A DNA stretch of 64,000 nucleotides from Pristiophorus japonicus (lineage: Eukaryota): positions 186,001-250,000 of the forward strand of contig NW_027252090.1 in assembly GCF_044704955.1 (NCBI RefSeq), in the 5' to 3' direction. Numbering within the stretch: the stretch's first letter is position 1; each line of letters begins with the position of its first letter. The position numbers were made by a program, and so were the translations under genes. Shown here piece by piece: positions 39,005-50,187 of the stretch. The notes beneath the pieces are model-generated. The model was not told the DNA's origin, ran no database searches, and saw only the letters and a program-made list of their open reading frames with translations.

Positions 39005-41950
39005 TATAAATGCGTATAAGGTGGCCAAGGTTAGTGGGAAACTAGAGAATTGGGAAAATTTTAAGCAAAAGCAAAGAATGACTAAAAAAGTAATAAAGAA
39101 ATGGAAGATATATTATGAAGGGAAACTTGTGCAAAACATAAAAACAGATAGTAAAAGCTTTTACAGATATGCAAAACTGAAAAGAGTGACTAAAGTAAAT
39201 GTTGTTCCCTTAGAAGATGAAAAGGGGGATTTAATAATGGGAAATGTGGAAATGCCTGAGATCTTAAACAATTATTTTGCTTCCGTCTTCACAGTGGAAG
39301 ACACAAAAACCATGCCAAAAATTGCTGGTCATAGGAATTTGGGAAGGGAGGACCTTGAGATGATCACTATCATGAGGGAGGTAGTGCTGGGCAGACTAAT
39401 GGGACTCAAGTTAGACAAGTCCCCTAGTCCTGATGAAATGCATCCTAGGGTATTAAAAGTGATGGTGGAAGATATAGCAGCTGCATTTGTTATAATCCAC
39501 CAAAATTCTCTGGACTCTGGGGAGGTACCAGCAGATTGGAGAGCAGCTAATGTAACGCCTCTGTTTAAAAAAGGGGGCAGGCAAAAGGCAGGTAATTGTA
39601 GGCCGGTTAGTTTATCATCTGTAGTGGGGAAAATGCTTGAAACTATCATTAAGGAAGAAATAGCGGGACATCTGGATAGGAATAGTGCAATCAAGCAGAT
39701 GCAGCATGGATTCATGAAGGGGAAATCATGTTTAACTAATTTACTGGAATTCTTTGAGGATATAACGAGCATGGTGGATAGAGGTGTACCGATGGATGTG
39801 GTGTATTTGGATTTCCAAAAGGCATTCGATAAGGTGCCACACAAAAGGTTACTGCAGAAGATAAAGGTCCGTGGAGTCAGAGGAAATGTATTAGCATGGA
39901 TAGAGAATTGGCTGGCGAACAGAAAGCAGAGAGTCGGGATAAATGGGTCCTTTTGCGGTTGGAAATCAGTGGTTAGTGGTGTGCCACAGGGATCGGTGCT
40001 GGGACCACAACTGTTTCCAATATACGTAGATGACCTAGAAGAGGGGGCAGAGTGTAGTGCAACAAAATTTGCAGATGACACTAAGCTTAGTGGGAAAGCG
40101 GGTTGTGTAGAGGACTCAGAGAGGCTTCAAGGAGATTTGGATAGGTTAAGCGAATGGGCTAAGGTTTCGCAGATGGAATACAATGTCGGAAAGTATGAGG
40201 TCATCCACCTTGGGAAAAAAAACAGTAAAAGGGAATATTATTTGAATGGGGAGAAATTACAACATGCTATGGTGCAGAGGGACCTGGGGATCCTTGTGCA
40301 TGAAACTCTTTTTGGAGTTTACCTGTAAAACAAAAACATTAATCGGTGCCACCTGCCCTGGATGACACACCAGACATTTACAAGGCCCTCTTTTTTTTTT
40401 TCCTTTTTTTTTTTTTATGTGCACTACAATAACATTTTCCTTTTTCCAGTGCCCCCTATAAAAGGGGAGGGGGACACTAAAAGCACCGGCAATTAAAACA
40501 AATTAAACTTTAAAACGTAAAATCAAATTAAAATTTGGTTGCCGGGCGTGATGATGCACTCTCGTCCCTCCGGTGCCCACCTCTCGCGGAAGGCCGCGAG
40601 CGTACCGGTGGACACTGCGTGCTCCATCTCCAAGGACACCCTGGACTGGATGTAAGAGCGGAAGAGAGGCAGGCAGTCAGGTTGAACGACCCCCTCGACC
40701 GCCCGCTGCCTGGACCGGCTGATGGCACCCTTGGCCGTGCCCAGGAGCAGTCCTACGAGGAGGCCTTCGGACCTACCCGCTCCCCTCCGCACAGGGTGCC
40801 CAAAGATCAGGAGAGTGGGAATGAAGTGCAGCCAGAATTTCAGGAGCAGCCCCTTCATATAATGGAACAGGGGCTGCAACCTCGTGCACTCAATAAAAAC
40901 ATGGAACACGGTCTCCTCCAGACCGCAGAAATTGCAGGCGGCCTGGGAGTCCGTGAACCGGCTTAAAAATCTGTTGCACGGCACTGCTCCGTGCACCACC
41001 CTCCAGGCCAAGTCCCCGATGAATAGTGGGAGGACCCCTGCGTAGAGTGCCCTCCATCGGGGACCCCCGCCTCCTCCGGACGGCAAGATGGTATGCCATG
41101 GCGTGTCCGGACGGCAGGCGAGGATGGCAAAGTTGAGAGTGTGCAGGAGCAGCCCGTACAAGAAACCCCTCCGCGCCGAACTGAAAGGCACGGAGGGGAT
41201 TTCCCCGAGGCGCCTCAAGTTGGGAGGCGCCGGGCCCCGTCCCAAAAGTTTAGTTTGCAGGTGCAGCAGGTAATCAGGAAGGCAAATGGAATGTTGGCCT
41301 TCATTGCAAAAGGGATAGAGTACAAAAGCAGGGAGGTCCTGCTGCAACTGTAAAAGGTATTGGTAAGGCCGCACCTGGAGTACTGCGTGCAGTTTTGGTC
41401 ACCTTACTTAAGGAAGGATACACTAGCTGTGGAAGGGGTACAGGGACGATTCACTCGGCTGATTCGAGAAAAGAGGGGGTTACCTTATGATGATAGATTG
41501 AGTAGACTGAGTCTTTACTCCTTGGAGTTCAGAAGGATGAGGGGTGATCTTTTAGACATATTTCAAATCAGGAAATGGACAGACAAGATCGAGACAGAGA
41601 GGTTGTTTCCATTGTCGGGGGAGACTAGAACTCGGGGGCACAGCCTCAAAATACGGAGGAGCCAAATTAAAACCGAGTTGAGAAGGAATTTCTTCTCCCA
41701 GAGGGTTGTGAATCTCTGGAATTATCTGCCCATGGAAGCAGTTGAGGCTGGCTCATTGAATATTTTCAAGTCAAAGATAGATAGATTTTTAAGCAATAAG
41801 GGAATTAAGGGTTACGGGGCGAGCGCAGGTAATTGGAGCTGAGTCCACGACCAGATCAGCCATGATCTTATTGAATGGCGGAGCAGGCTCGAGGGGCTAG
41901 ATGGCCTAATCCTGTTCCTAATTCTTATGTTCTTATGTTCTTATGTTCTT
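39005..41950 (+). mobile_element. Relatively young CR1 LINE (linker, RT and 3' end), interrupted at 40304/41240
   Basis: About 430 open codons with KSPSPD, WRAANVTPLFKKG, QHGF, DFQKAFDKV, GVPQGSVLGP and FADD; resumes at 41240; (TTCTTATG)n tail. Confidence 0.96.
40305..41239 (-). mobile_element. Tx1/L1-clade non-LTR retrotransposon, 5'-truncated, nested antisense in CR1
   Basis: CCHC zinc knuckle CNFCGLEETVFHVFIEC preceded by DLAWRVVHGAV; stop at 40523, then ~220-nt 3' UTR; CR1 sequence is contiguous across the junctions (CATGAA|TCCCAAAAG). Confidence 0.88.
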
Positions 41951-42544
41951 AAGTGTTTTATTAATAATTAAATTGATGGTAAATTGAATTGTGCCAAGAG
42001 ATTAAGTTGATGGAGATTGGGTTGTATTTATATGCAGTCCCTCTTATGATGGTGTTGGTTTCGGCAGGGTTATTATTTTTGGGGTGGGGGTCTGTTTGTG
42101 TTTGTCGTTTAAAATTGGTTTTTATGTGGGTTGTTAGTTCCTTACTCTTTATCCAATTGGTGTCTGTAAGTTAGGGAACGTATTAATTGTAAGTAAGTCA
42201 ATAGTATTTTTTGGATTTATTAATAATATTATTCCCGGTGTTCTAAGTTATGGATGTTAATTGGGGAGTTATTGTTATTGTTTAAGCCGTTGAAGGATCC
42301 TGTGGAATCTGCCTGTGGGAAACGGAGGCTGTTGCTGCTGTTTGGCTGAATGTTGATTGGTCACAGCGTGGAGCCGTGTGGTCCTGAGTCTGTGTCTTCC
42401 CATTTTATTCATTTAAACATTTGTGGATTAAGTTTCAGTTACATGGGGGCGGGAGGGGGGAGGTGGGATTTGATGGGCTTGCTAATTTTTTAGGTTGTGG
42501 AGAGTGGGTCCGTTGATTATTTGTCTGGGTTGGAGAGAGCGGTG

Positions 42545-43247
42545 GCTGAGTGAAAGAGTGTTCGAAAATCAGTTGCTCAAATCTGCCAGCAAGCTCATGG
42601 TCTGCAGGGCTGCAGTGATACCCGCCCTCCAGTATATCTCAGAGACATGGACCATGTACAGTAGGCACCTCAAATCGCTGGCGAAATACTACCAATGATG
42701 ACTCCGCAAGATCCTACAAATCCCCTGGGAGTCAGATGCACCAACATCAGTGTCGTCGACCAGGCCAACATCCCCAGCATTGAAGCACCGACCACACTTG
42801 ATCAGCTCCGCTGGGTAGGCCTCATTGTCCGCACGTCAGACACAAGACTCACAAAGCAAGCACTCTACTCAGCACTCCTTCCCGGCAAACGAGCCAAAGA
42901 TGGGCAGAGGAAACGTTACAGGGGCACCCTCAAAGCCTCCCTGATAAAATGCAACATCCCCACTGACACCTTGGAGTCCCTGGCCAAAGTCCGCGCTAAG
43001 TGGAAGTGCATCCTGGAGGGTGCTGAGCACCTCTAGACTCATCACAGAGAGCATGCAGTAATCATGTGCAGGCAGTGGAAGGAGCATGCAGCAAACCAGA
43101 CTCCCCACCCCTTCCCTCAACCACTGTCTGTCCCACCGGTGACAGAGACTGTAATTCTCGTATTGGACTGTACAGTCACCTGAGAACTCATTTTTAGAGT
43201 GGAAGCAAGTCTTCCTTGATTCCGAGGGACTGCCTATGACGATGATG
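42545..43247 (+). mobile_element. RTE-clade LINE 3' fragment
   Basis: LQYISETWT, QLRWVG, KRYRGTLKASLIKCNIP; GAGGGACTGCCTATGACGATGATGA tail. Confidence 0.9.
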
Positions 43248-43379
43248 ACCTCCGTTTGTTGGGGCCTTTTGTTTTGCTGGGAACGCCGATTTTATTTTTT
43301 TGAAAACGAAATGTATTTCCGATTTTGTGCAAATGGACCTTGCTGTGGGATTTCGGATAGGTTGTGTGCGGGAAGGAGG

Positions 43380-46300
43380 GCTCTGGGTTAGCTTGTGTGT
43401 GGGGGGTCTCGCTTAGGTTTTGTGGGGGTCTCGGTTAGGTTGTGTGTGTGAGTGGGTCTCGGTTAAATTGTGTGTGTGGGGAGGGTCTCGGTTAAATTGT
43501 GTGGGGGTGTATCGGTCAGGTTATGTGTGGTGGGGCTCAGGTTATGTTGTGAAGGTGGGGGGGTTATCGGTTAGGTTGTGTGGGGGGTCTCTCGGTTAGG
43601 TTGTGCTTGTAGCGGGGGGGGGGTCTCGGTTAGGCTATGTGTGTCGAGGGTCTCGGTTAGGTTATGTCTGGGGGGGTGTCACGGTTATGTTGCGTGTAGG
43701 GGGGGACACGATTAGGTTGTGTATGTGGGGGCACTCCGTTAGGTTGTTTGGGGGAGTCTCGGTTAGGTTGTGTGTGTGGAAGATCTCAATTAGTTTGTTT
43801 GTGGGCGGGGTCTCGGTTAGGTTGTGTGTGAGGGGGTTTCTCGGTTAGGTTGTGTGTGGGGGGGTTACGGTTAGGTTGTGTGTGAGGGGGTTTCTCGGTT
43901 AGGTTGTGTGTGGGGGGGGTCTCGGTTAGGTTGTGTGTGGGCGGGGTCACGGTTAGGTTGTGTGTGGGGGGTGGTTCGGTTCAGTTGTGTGTGTGGGGTG
44001 GTCTCGGTTAGGTTGTGTGTGGGGGAGTCTCAGTTCGGTTGTGTGTGGGGGGGGGTCTCGGTTAGGTTGTGTGTGGGGGGTCACGGTTAGGTTGTGTGTG
44101 GGGGGTTTCGGTTAGGTTGTGTGTGTGGGGTTATCTCGGTTAGGTTGTGTGTGAGGGGTCACGGTTAGGTTGTGTGTGGGGTTTTCGGTTAGGTTGTGTG
44201 TGTGGGATTATCTCGGTTAGGTTGTGTGTGGGGGGTTTCGGTTAGGTTGTGTGTGTGGGGTTATCTCGGTTAGGTTGTGTGTGGGGGGTCACGGTTAGGT
44301 TGTGTGTGTGGGGGGGTGCTCGGTTAGGTTGTGTGTGTGGGGGGTCACGGTTAGGTTGTGTGTGGGGGGGTCACGGTTAGGTTGTGTGTGTGGGGGGTTT
44401 CGGTTAGGTTGTGTGTGTGGGGGGGGGGTCACGGTTAGGTTGTGTGTGTGGGGTTATCTCGGTTAGGTTGTGTGTGGGGTTATCTCGGTTAGGTTGTGTG
44501 TGTGTGGGGTTATCTCGGTTAGGTTGTGTGTGGGGTTATCTCGGTTAGGTTGTGTGTGGGGGGTCTCGGTTAGGTTGTGTGTGGGGTTATCTCGGTTAGG
44601 TTGTGTGTGTGGGGGGGTCTCGGTTAGGTTGTGGGTGTGGGTGGTCTCGGTTAGGTTGTGTGTGTGGGGGGTCACGGTTAGGTTGTGTGTGTGGGGGGTC
44701 TCGGTTAGGTTGTGTGTGTGGGTGGTCTCGGTTAGGTTGTGTGTGTGGGTGGTCTCATGTTAGGTTGTGTGTGTGGGGGGTCACGGTTAGGTAGTGTGTA
44801 TGGGTGGTCTCGGTTAGGTTGTGTGTGTGGGGGTCACGGTTAGGTTGTGAGTGGGGGGGGATCTCGGTTAGGTTGTGTGTGTGTGGGGGGGTCACGGTTA
44901 GGTTGTGTGTGGGGTGGTCACGGTTAGGTTGTGTGTGGGGGGGTCACGGTTAGGTTGTGTGTGGGGTGGTCACGGTTAGGTTGTGTGTGGGGGGGTCACG
45001 GTTAGGTTGTGAGTGGGGGGGGATCTCGGTTAGGTTGTGTGGGGTGGGGGTCTCGGTTAGGTTGTGTGGGGGTGGTCTCGGTTAGGTTGTGTGGAGGGGG
45101 GTCTCGGTTAGGTTGTGTGGGTGAGGGTCTCGGTTAGGTTGTGTGGGGGGGTCACGGTTAGGTTGTGTGGAGGGGGGTCTCGGTTAGGTTGTGTGGGTGG
45201 GGGTCTCGGTTAGGTTGTGTGGAGGGGGGTCTCGGTTAGGATGTGTGTGGGGGGGTGTCTCGGTTAGGTTGTGTGTGGGGGGGTCTCGGTTAGGTTGTGT
45301 GTGGAGGGGGGTCTCGGTTAGGTTGTGTGGAGGGGGGTCTCTGTTAGGTTGTGTGTGGGGGGGTCTCGGTTAGGTTGTGTGTGTGGGGGGTCTTGGTTAG
45401 GTTGTGTGTGTGGGGGGTCTCGGTTAGGTTGTGTTTGGGGGGGTCTCGGTTAGGTTGTGTGTGCGGGGGGGTTCTCGGTTAGGTTGTGTGTGTGGGGGGT
45501 CTCGGTTAGGTTGTGTTTGGGGGGGTCTCGGTTAGGTTGTGTGTGGGGGGGTTCTCGGTTAGGTTGTGTGTGTGGGGGGGTTACGGTTAGGTTGTGTGTG
45601 TGGGGGGGTCTCGGTTAGGTTGTGTGTGGGGGGGGTCTCGGTTAGGTTGTGTGTGGGGGGGTCTCGGTTAGGTTGTGTGTGGGGGGGTCTCGGTTAGGTT
45701 GTGTGTGGGGGGGGTCTCGGTTAGGTTGTGTGTGTGGGGGGGGTCACGGTTAGGTTGTGTGTGTGGGGGGGGTCACGGTTAGGTTGTGTGTGGGGGGTCT
45801 CGGTTAGGTTGTGTGTGGGGGGGGTCACGGTTAGGTTGTGTGTGGTTGGGGGGTCACGGTTAGATTGTGTGGGGGGGGGGTCACGGTTAGGTTGTGTGTG
45901 GTTGGGGGGTCACAGTTAGGTTGTGTGTGGTTGGGGGGTCACGGTTAGGTTGTGTGTGGTTGGGGGGTCACAGTTAGGTTGTGTGTGGTTGGGGGGTCAC
46001 GGTTAGGTTGTGTGTGGTTGGGGGGTCACGGTTAGATTGTGTGGGGGGGGGTCTCGGTTAGATTGTGTGGGGAGGGGTCACGGTTAGGTTGTGTGTGTGG
46101 GGGGTCTCGGTTAGGTTGTGTGTGTGGGGGGGTTTCGGTTAGGTTGTGTGTGTGGCTGGTGGTCTCGGTTAGGTTGTGTGGGGGTGGTCTCGGTTAGGTT
46201 GTGTGTGTGGGGGGTTTCGGTTAGGTTGTGTGTGTGGGAGGTCTCGGTTAGGTTGTGTGGGGAGGGGGTCTCGGTTATTTTGTGTGTGTGTGGTGGGGGG

Positions 46301-46440
46301 TCTCGTATAGTTTATGTGTGGGGGGGGTCCTCGGTTAGGTTGTGTGTGGGGTCTCTGTTATGTTGTGTGTTTGTGGGGGTGTCTCGGTTCGGTTGTGTGT
46401 GTGTGGGGTTTCGGTTATGTTGTGTGTGGGGGGTGGGCTC
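43380..46440. repeat. G/T-rich ~26-30 bp variable satellite (GGGGGTCTCGGTTAGGTTGTGTGTG)
   Basis: Conserved CGGTTAGGTTGTGT core with variable (GT)n and G-run lengths; degenerate at both edges. Confidence 0.96.
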
Positions 46441-46937
46441 TTTAATTTTTGTGGCTTTTATGGATCGAATAGTCGGGTCAATTCGTTGTTGGTTATTTTA
46501 GGTCCTAGTGCCGATTAAAATCCTCAGGCTGGAATTAAGGTTCGGCCGAGGGTGCAGTGTTGTTCCCGGCGAAGGGATTTGTCTCCGGATTTTGAAGGTG
46601 GTTGATTTTAAATTGCTATTACCTTCTTTCGGGAAGATATATTGATGTACGTTGATGTGCTGATTTGTATTTTGAAGATTTTAAATGTTATTAGTTGTTT
46701 TTTGTTATTTTTGTATTTATTTTAACAATGTCTGTATTTGGGTGAGGATTGTTTTAATAATTAATTCGGTTTTAGGATGGGGAAGGTGGGATTATTTTAA
46801 TTGTTAATAGTCTGAGCGGGTTGATCAGAGTCCATGCCACGTTGGAGGACCACGTGGGGGGAGGGGGAGGGAGAATTTAGGAAGCACTTTTTCCTTTGAT
46901 TGTTTTAAAATTTATTTTCTAAAATCATGTGTGTGTC

Positions 46938-47535
46938 ATCATCACAGGCAGTTCTGGGAATCGAGGAAGACTTGCTTCCATTCTAAAAGTGAATTCTCAG
47001 GTGACTGAACATTCGAGGATCCGCAAGATCCTGCAAATCCCCTGGGAGGACAGTGGCACCAACGTTAGCGTCCTCGACCAGACCAGCATCCCCAGGGTTG
47101 AAGCACTAACCACACTCGATCAGCTCCGCTGGGCAGGCCACATTGTTGGCCTGCCCGACAAGAGACTCCCAAAGCAAGCGCTCTACTCTGAACTTCTTCA
47201 CAGCAAACGAGCCAAAGTTGGGCAGAATAAACGTTGCAAGTACACCCTCAAAGCCTCCGTGATGAAGTGCAATATCTCCACTGACACCTGGGAGTCCCTG
47301 GCCAAAGACCGCCCTCAGGGCAGGAAGTGTATCGGGGAGGGCACTGAGCAGCTCGAGTCTCGTCGCCGAGAGCAAGCTGAAATCAAACGCAGGCAGAGGA
47401 AGGAGCGTGCGGCAAACCCGTTCCACCCATCCTTTCCCTCAACCACTGTCTGTTCCACCTGTGACAAGGACTGTGGTTCTCGGATTGGACTGTGCAGCCA
47501 CCTAAGGACTCATTTTACGAATGAATGCAAGTTTT
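46938..47535. mobile_element. Two abutting RTE fragments: a short minus-strand 3' end (46938-47010) and a plus-strand fragment (47015-47535)
   Basis: CATCATCACAGGCAG tail on minus; QLRWAGHI..PDKRLPKQALYSEL..CSTC..HLRTH on plus. Confidence 0.85.
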
Positions 47536-47661
47536 TCTGTTGGGTAGCGGGGGACGGGGAGCAGAGAAATATCAGTCCCGCACCAAACGCTTATCCTACT
47601 AGTTCTAAATAGCAGTACAATTAGAGCTTCTATGCAGAACATCTTTTGTTAAGAAGGGAAA

Positions 47662-47895
47662 TAAGAACATAAGAATTAGGAACAGGAGTAGGCCATCAAG
47701 CCCCTCGAGCCTGCTCCGCCATTCAATAAGATCATGGCTGATCTGGCCGTGGACTCAGCTCCAATTACCCGCCCTCTCCCCATAATCTTTAATTTCCTAA
47801 TTGGTTAAAAATCTATCTATCTGTGACTTGAATACATTCAATAAGCTAGCCTCTACTGCTTCCTTGGGCAGAGAATTCCACAGATTCAGAACAAC
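47662..47895 (-). mobile_element. CR1 3' end fragment
   Basis: ATAAGAACATAAGAA tail; LNLWNSLPKEAVEA. Confidence 0.88.
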
Positions 47896-48100
47896 TGGGA
47901 TAAAAAATTCCTTCTCAAATGAGAGAGAGGCTTTTTTTTCAAGAAAAAGACTGACACGGTGGGTTGGAAGTGTGGAGAGAGTGAGGGAGAAGTTTCCCAA
48001 GGGTTGGGGGAGAAAAGTAAGTTGGGGTTTTTGGTGGGGATGGGGTCGGGTTTACCCTCACTTCATGATCCATCGTCTTGATGGCTAATTATAGTCGAGA

Positions 48101-48140
48101 GGCCAAACGTTTCGCCCGTACTGGGGCTTCATCAGAGACC
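48101..48140 (-). ncRNA. Minimal type I hammerhead ribozyme motif, Penelope-like
   Basis: Minus strand reads GGTCT-CTGATGA-A-GCCC-CAGTAC-GGGC-GAAA-CGTT-TGGCC: both conserved core boxes, a 4-bp stem II, palindromic AAACGTTT stem III and an imperfect stem I. Confidence 0.65.
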
Positions 48141-48879
48141 AGGAAAAGCAAGCGGGTCGTGGGGCTCAAGGGTCAGAGGGTATCAGATCGAGAAACTTAC
48201 AGTGAGAGGTTATGGAGAGTTTAGAGCTCCACCTTCCACCAGGTCAGTCGGAACGAGAAGGTTTGGGAGGTGGGAAATAAACGATTTAAACCTCCTCCCT
48301 CACAGTGATAAGGTATTAATCCTGAGCTTTGTCTGGAGTTATGGTTCTTGTTTTTCTGTTGAGTCTGTGTGATCAGTGGTCTTCCCTGTTTGTTAGGTTA
48401 AAATGTGGAGTTCCTCCCCCTTTTTGTTCATGTTTGTGTGTAGTGTGTGATGCGTCACCTGTTTGAATGCCCGTGGTTCAGGGTTGGGATTTTTTGTGGG
48501 GGGTCTAATGTTTTGATTTCTGACAGTTTGCTTCTCTCTTTTAAGTTTTTTCTATCCCAGTTTCCCCTTACTTCCTGTAAAAATGTTTTTTTGATTTGAG
48601 TAAATCATTTTTAAAACATTTGTAAATTTATTTTTGTTTTGTACTTTTTTTGGTTTTGTTATAATTTGCGGGTTAGTTCTGTTCTGTTTTTGTTATAACT
48701 CTCTTCGTTCAGTCCAGTCTTTTGTTTTATTCCTGATTTGGTTCGCTGTGTCATCTATTGTTCCCGATTGTTGTGGGCCCTTCTGGTTCCTGGTCTACTC
48801 GGGGGAGGGCGGCTTGGCACTCTGTTTTACACACATTTCTGTTTAGCTCCTGCTTCCATGAGGCGGAGGCAAGGGGTGG

Positions 48880-49430
48880 GAGTAGATTTAGGGGCATTTA
48901 GAGAAAGGACTTGGGGTTAGGGTCTGCATTAATATATTTTAGGTTAGGGTTCAGTCTTGGGGATCTAGCGTCTGGGGTTAGGACTGAGTTTGGAAGCTGT
49001 GGTGTGGGCCGTGCAGCATTAGGTTAGGTTCGGTTTCAAGGGATTAGGATCCAGAGTAAGGGTTGGGGTTTTGGGTTGTGGTCTGCACTGTTATGTTTTA
49101 TGTTAGGGTTAGATTTTAGGGGGGTTCGGGTCCTGGGTTAGGGTTTGGTTTTGGGGTAGGAGTCTGTGTTTACAAGTTTTGTGTTTAGGTTTCTGAGGGT
49201 TAGGATTTAGTTTTAGGGTTAGGATTTGGGGCTGGGGGCTAGATTTTAAACTTCTGCTTAGGGTTCGTTCTTAGGGAGTTGGGGCCGAACTAGGTTTTGG
49301 GGCTGGAGTCTGGAAAAATGATTTCTTGGGTCTCGAGTTAATTTTATGGTCCTGGGTTAGGATTTGGTTTTGGGGCTGGGGTCTGTGTTTACAAGTTTTA
49401 CCTATAGGTTTATGAGGGATAGGGTCTGAA
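48880..49430 (+). repeat. Degenerate telomere-like (TTAGGG) repeat region
   Basis: Multiple GGTTAGGG/TTTAGGG/TTTGGGG units; a ~50-bp block recurs at ~49128 and ~49348. Confidence 0.6.
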
Positions 49431-49975
49431 GTTCGGGTCAGTTATTTTCATTATTTTAAATTATTTGAATTAAGAGTATGATTCTTTCTGTTCTGGTTAC
49501 TTCTTTTTTGTTATCGGATGCTCTGTTCATGTTTGGGATTATTTAGGGTTTATTGTTACAGTCTGGGAACTATAATTTGCTTCAGGTTTGGGCTCAGGCC
49601 TGAGAGTTCGGCTATTCTCTCACAGGGCCGCCCCTCACAGCGCCACTGCTCACAGTGCCGCCCATCACAGAGAAATGATCTGGGCTTGGGTATATGGGGC
49701 ACGTGACTGAAATCTCTAGGGAACGCCAGAAAGGTCCCATGGCCAATTGTGAAGTGGAGGTTAAGTGCTTTCATTGTCAATACACAGATTAGTAATTGGG
49801 GCAGGTAGATGTGAAATGAAATTTAATGCAGAGAAATGTGCTGTGATAGATTTTGGGTGGAAAGTAAAGGGAGGAAATGTACAATAAATGGTAAAACTTT
49901 CAATGGAGCCTGGGAACAAATAGATTTATGGTTGTAAGCTTCTAGTTAATTCCTTGTCTTACTGAATATCGAGAG

Positions 49976-50187
49976 TGTTAAATCGGTGTGCTTGTATTTA
50001 CTCTGTACAGCCACCAGAGGGCTCATCCCCTGGGGTTCCAAGGGATCCCATAATCCCTTGGGGTCACACTTATTTAAGGAGGCTTCACAGGTTTGATAGT
50101 CACTCTGGAGACCTGCAATAAAAGACTAAGGTCACACTTTACTTTGAGCTCACAGTGTTCAGTCTGACGCTTTCTCCATACACACCA
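49976..50187 (+). repeat. 5' LTR, followed by a degenerate primer-binding site
   Basis: TG...CA ends; internal AATAAA; followed by CCGGCCACAAG (TGGCGACGAG-like). Confidence 0.85.

Noticed and set aside
38655-40328. 557-aa ORF as a host gene or active LINE
   Set aside because: Chance fusion of antisense CR1, the 42-bp repeats and a truncated CR1 RT; no endonuclease in frame, non-ATG start, and truncated by the Tx1 insertion
37595-41950. Single 5'-inverted CR1
   Set aside because: The shared linker region differs markedly (AYKVAKTSGRTEAWESLK vs AYKVAKVSGKLENWENFK), indicating different subfamilies
41950-42540. Mitochondrial insertion (NUMT)
   Set aside because: Strand skew is similar, but no mitochondrial protein, tRNA or rRNA motif was recognisable
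43380-46440. Ig class-switch region
   Set aside because: Lies 3' of the C exons, is C-rich on the Ig sense strand (opposite to R-loop-forming S regions), lacks AGCT repeats, and no downstream C gene is present
46938-47535. Twin-priming inversion of a single RTE
   Set aside because: The overlapping portions of the two pieces are clearly diverged from each other, favouring two independent insertions
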